Below, piece after piece: positions 62,107 to 64,000 of a stretch of 64,000 nucleotides of DNA. Positions within the stretch are counted from its first letter, which is position 1. Every line of letters starts with the position of its first letter. Position numbers and translations under genes: made by a program. Under the pieces are notes generated by a model. The model did no database searches and was not told where the DNA came from. It worked only from the letters and a program-made list of their open reading frames with translations. This DNA comes from an uncultured Anaerolineales bacterium (lineage in GTDB: Bacteria; Chloroflexota; Anaerolineae; UBA2200), in NCBI GenBank assembly GCA_964478075.1, contig CAYZGO010000007.1:22975-86974 (forward strand), in the 5' to 3' direction.

Positions 62107-64000
62107 TGGAATTACGCCAATACTTCGCCGTGGTCTGGAAGTGGCTGTGGCTGATCCTGTTGGGGACAGCGGTGGCGACCAGCCTGAGCTACTACACCAG
62201 CCGCAGTATGCCCCGCATCTACCAGGCCTCTACCACGGTGATGGTGGGGCAGAGCCTGGGCAACACCAACCCCAGCACCGCTGACCTGTGGACCAGCGAG
62301 CAACTGGCGGAGACCTACGCGGAGATGGTGAAGCGGCAGCCCATCCTGCAGGCCACGGCGGATGCCCTGGGCCTCGGTATACCCTACCAATGGCTAAAAG
62401 GACAGGTGACCGTCAACCTGGTCTCAGGCACTCAACTGATGGAGATTCACGTACGGGATACCGACCCGACGCGCGCTGCCGTCATCGCTGACGAGATCGC
62501 GCACCAGCTTGTGCTGCAAAGTCCCACCGGGCCAGAGAAGGCGCAGGAGCAGTACCGGCAGTTTGCCCAGGCGCAGATTGAGGATCTCCAGAGCAGAATC
62601 CAGGAGACGCAGGCACAGATGATCGAGCTCCAGGACGCCATGGACGCCGAGACCAGCGCCACGGGGCTGGCCAACAAGCAGGCACAGATGGCGACCCTGC
62701 AGAACCAACTCAACACCTATCAAGCCAATCTGGCGCCGCTGCTCAACTTCTTCCGGGGCAGCGCCACCAACTACGTTGACGTCATTGAACCGGCCATAGT
62801 GCCCACCAGCCCCATCGGCCCCAGGACAATGCAGAACGTCCTCCTGGCAGCCACCGTAGGGCTGATCCTGGCTGTGGGCGCGGCCTTCCTCCTGGAGTAC
62901 TTGGACGACACCATCAAGACGCCGGACGACATCCAGCAGGCTCTGGGCCTCTTTACCATGGGGGCCATCACCCGCATCAGCGGCGACAGGATCGAGGACA
63001 AACTCGTCACGACTGCCCACCCCAGGTCGCCCATCGCCGAGGCTTACCGCGCCCTGCGCACCAACCTGCAGTTCTTCGCAGTGGACAAGCCATTGAAGAC
63101 TCTGTTGGTCACGAGTGCCAATCCCATTGAAGGCAAGAGCCTCACTGCCGCTAACCTGGGGGTGGTCATGGCCCAGGCGGGCATGTCAGTCATCCTCGTG
63201 GACTCTGATCTGCGGCGACCTGTCCTGCACAGGGTCTTCCAACTCACCAAAGAAGAGGGGCTGACCAACGCTCTTCTGCAAGGCATCTCTGTCTCCGATG
63301 GCTACCTTCAGGCAACCGAGGTAGAGAATCTGCGTGTGATGACCAGTGGCCCCGTGCCCCCCAACCCTTCGGAGCTCTTGGCGTCAGAGCGCATGAGCGG
63401 ACTGATCGAGCACCTCAAAAAACAGGCGGACGTGCTGCTTTTCGACAGCCCGCCCTGTCTGGCTGTGACCGACGCCGCCGTGCTGTCCAGCCAGGTAGAC
63501 GGAGTGCTGCTGGTGGTTGACGCCGGGGTCTGTCGGCGGGAGTTGGCCGTACGGGCGGTGGATGGGCTGAGCAAGATCGGGGGCAACATCCTGGGTGCGG
63601 TATTGAACAAGCTCTCCCCTCGTGGGGCAGGCTCCTATTACTATTACTACTACTACTCGGAGGAAGGTGACGAGACGAAGCGCCGCAAGAGCAAGGGCTT
63701 CCGCAGTCGCCTGGCGTCGTCGCCGCTGCTGCGGTCAGTGATCAGCTTGTTCCGTCGAGGCAAGAAGCCGTCTGCGGCCGGCATAGCTTCTTCAAGTCGC
63801 GCTGCCCCGCGTGCACCCAGGCCAGAAGCAGGCAAGAGCAGACAAGAGGTTGCCCTCGCCGGCCAGCCGGCCGGTGTAGAGTCTACTTACGCCCAGGGCA
63901 TGGCCCACTACTTCAGCCGCGAGTGGAAGCAGGCACGTGAGTGTCTCCTGCAGGCAAAGGAAATGAACCCGACGCTCCCGGGCATTGACGATCTCCTGGC
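62107..64000 (+). CDS. Wzc-like polysaccharide co-polymerase / BY-tyrosine kinase, 3'-partial (runs off the window)
   Basis: Wzz-like N-terminal TM plus periplasmic coiled-coil. Walker A SANPIEGKSLTAANLG, Walker A' VLLFDSPP, and a C-terminal tyrosine cluster GSYYYYYYYSEEG followed by a further extension of about 110 aa. RBS AAGGAG present. Confidence 0.85.

Overview
This is a high-GC (about 60-65%) bacterial window, tightly packed, with many overlapping start/stop codons. Chloroflexota is a guess based on the DUF4013 protein, several GT-C-fold membrane glycosyltransferases and a polysaccharide locus without outer-membrane export genes. The first 25 kb is a mixed region: a pair of ABC exporter genes, an inositol monophosphatase, a GT-C-fold glycosyltransferase, a small acidic protein built from Trp-x-x-Ile-Gly repeats, an alpha/beta hydrolase, a thiolase, a frameshifted LarA-like gene, a PadR regulator with two MFS transporters, and a four-gene minus-strand operon of DUF488, DUF488, a hypothetical protein and a RecQ helicase with a long N-terminal extension. 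It then continues with DUF4013 and DUF2148 proteins, a tRNA-Pro and tRNA-Gly pair, and a stand-alone SF1 (UvrD-like) helicase carrying an N-terminal RelE/ParE-like domain directly next to tRNA-Gly. From about 25.2 kb to the window end (over 38 kb) every gene is on the plus strand and forms one large glycan/polysaccharide supercluster. It opens with a consensus sigma70 promoter and a NusG-paralog antiterminator-like gene (UpxY/LoaP-type). It contains about eight GT2/GT4 glycosyltransferases, three GT-C membrane glycosyltransferases, two polyprenyl-phosphate sugar synthase-like GT2s, two Wzy/O-antigen-ligase-like proteins (one fused to TPR repeats), a Wzx flippase, five class I methyltransferases, a B12-binding radical SAM enzyme, a CDP-alcohol phosphatidyltransferase, a DegT aminotransferase with a PglD-like acetyltransferase, a Gfo/Idh/MocA oxidoreductase, an epimerase and a membrane-anchored BNR propeller protein. 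It ends with a WbaP-like priming transferase and a Wzc-like tyrosine kinase. The cluster looks mosaic: GC content alternates in blocks, three gene remnants are present, and one GT-C gene sits between 214-bp direct repeats. A structured intergenic repeat family built on a GAAGCAATCT hairpin core occurs at three loci. No rRNA, CRISPR array, transposase or integrase was found.
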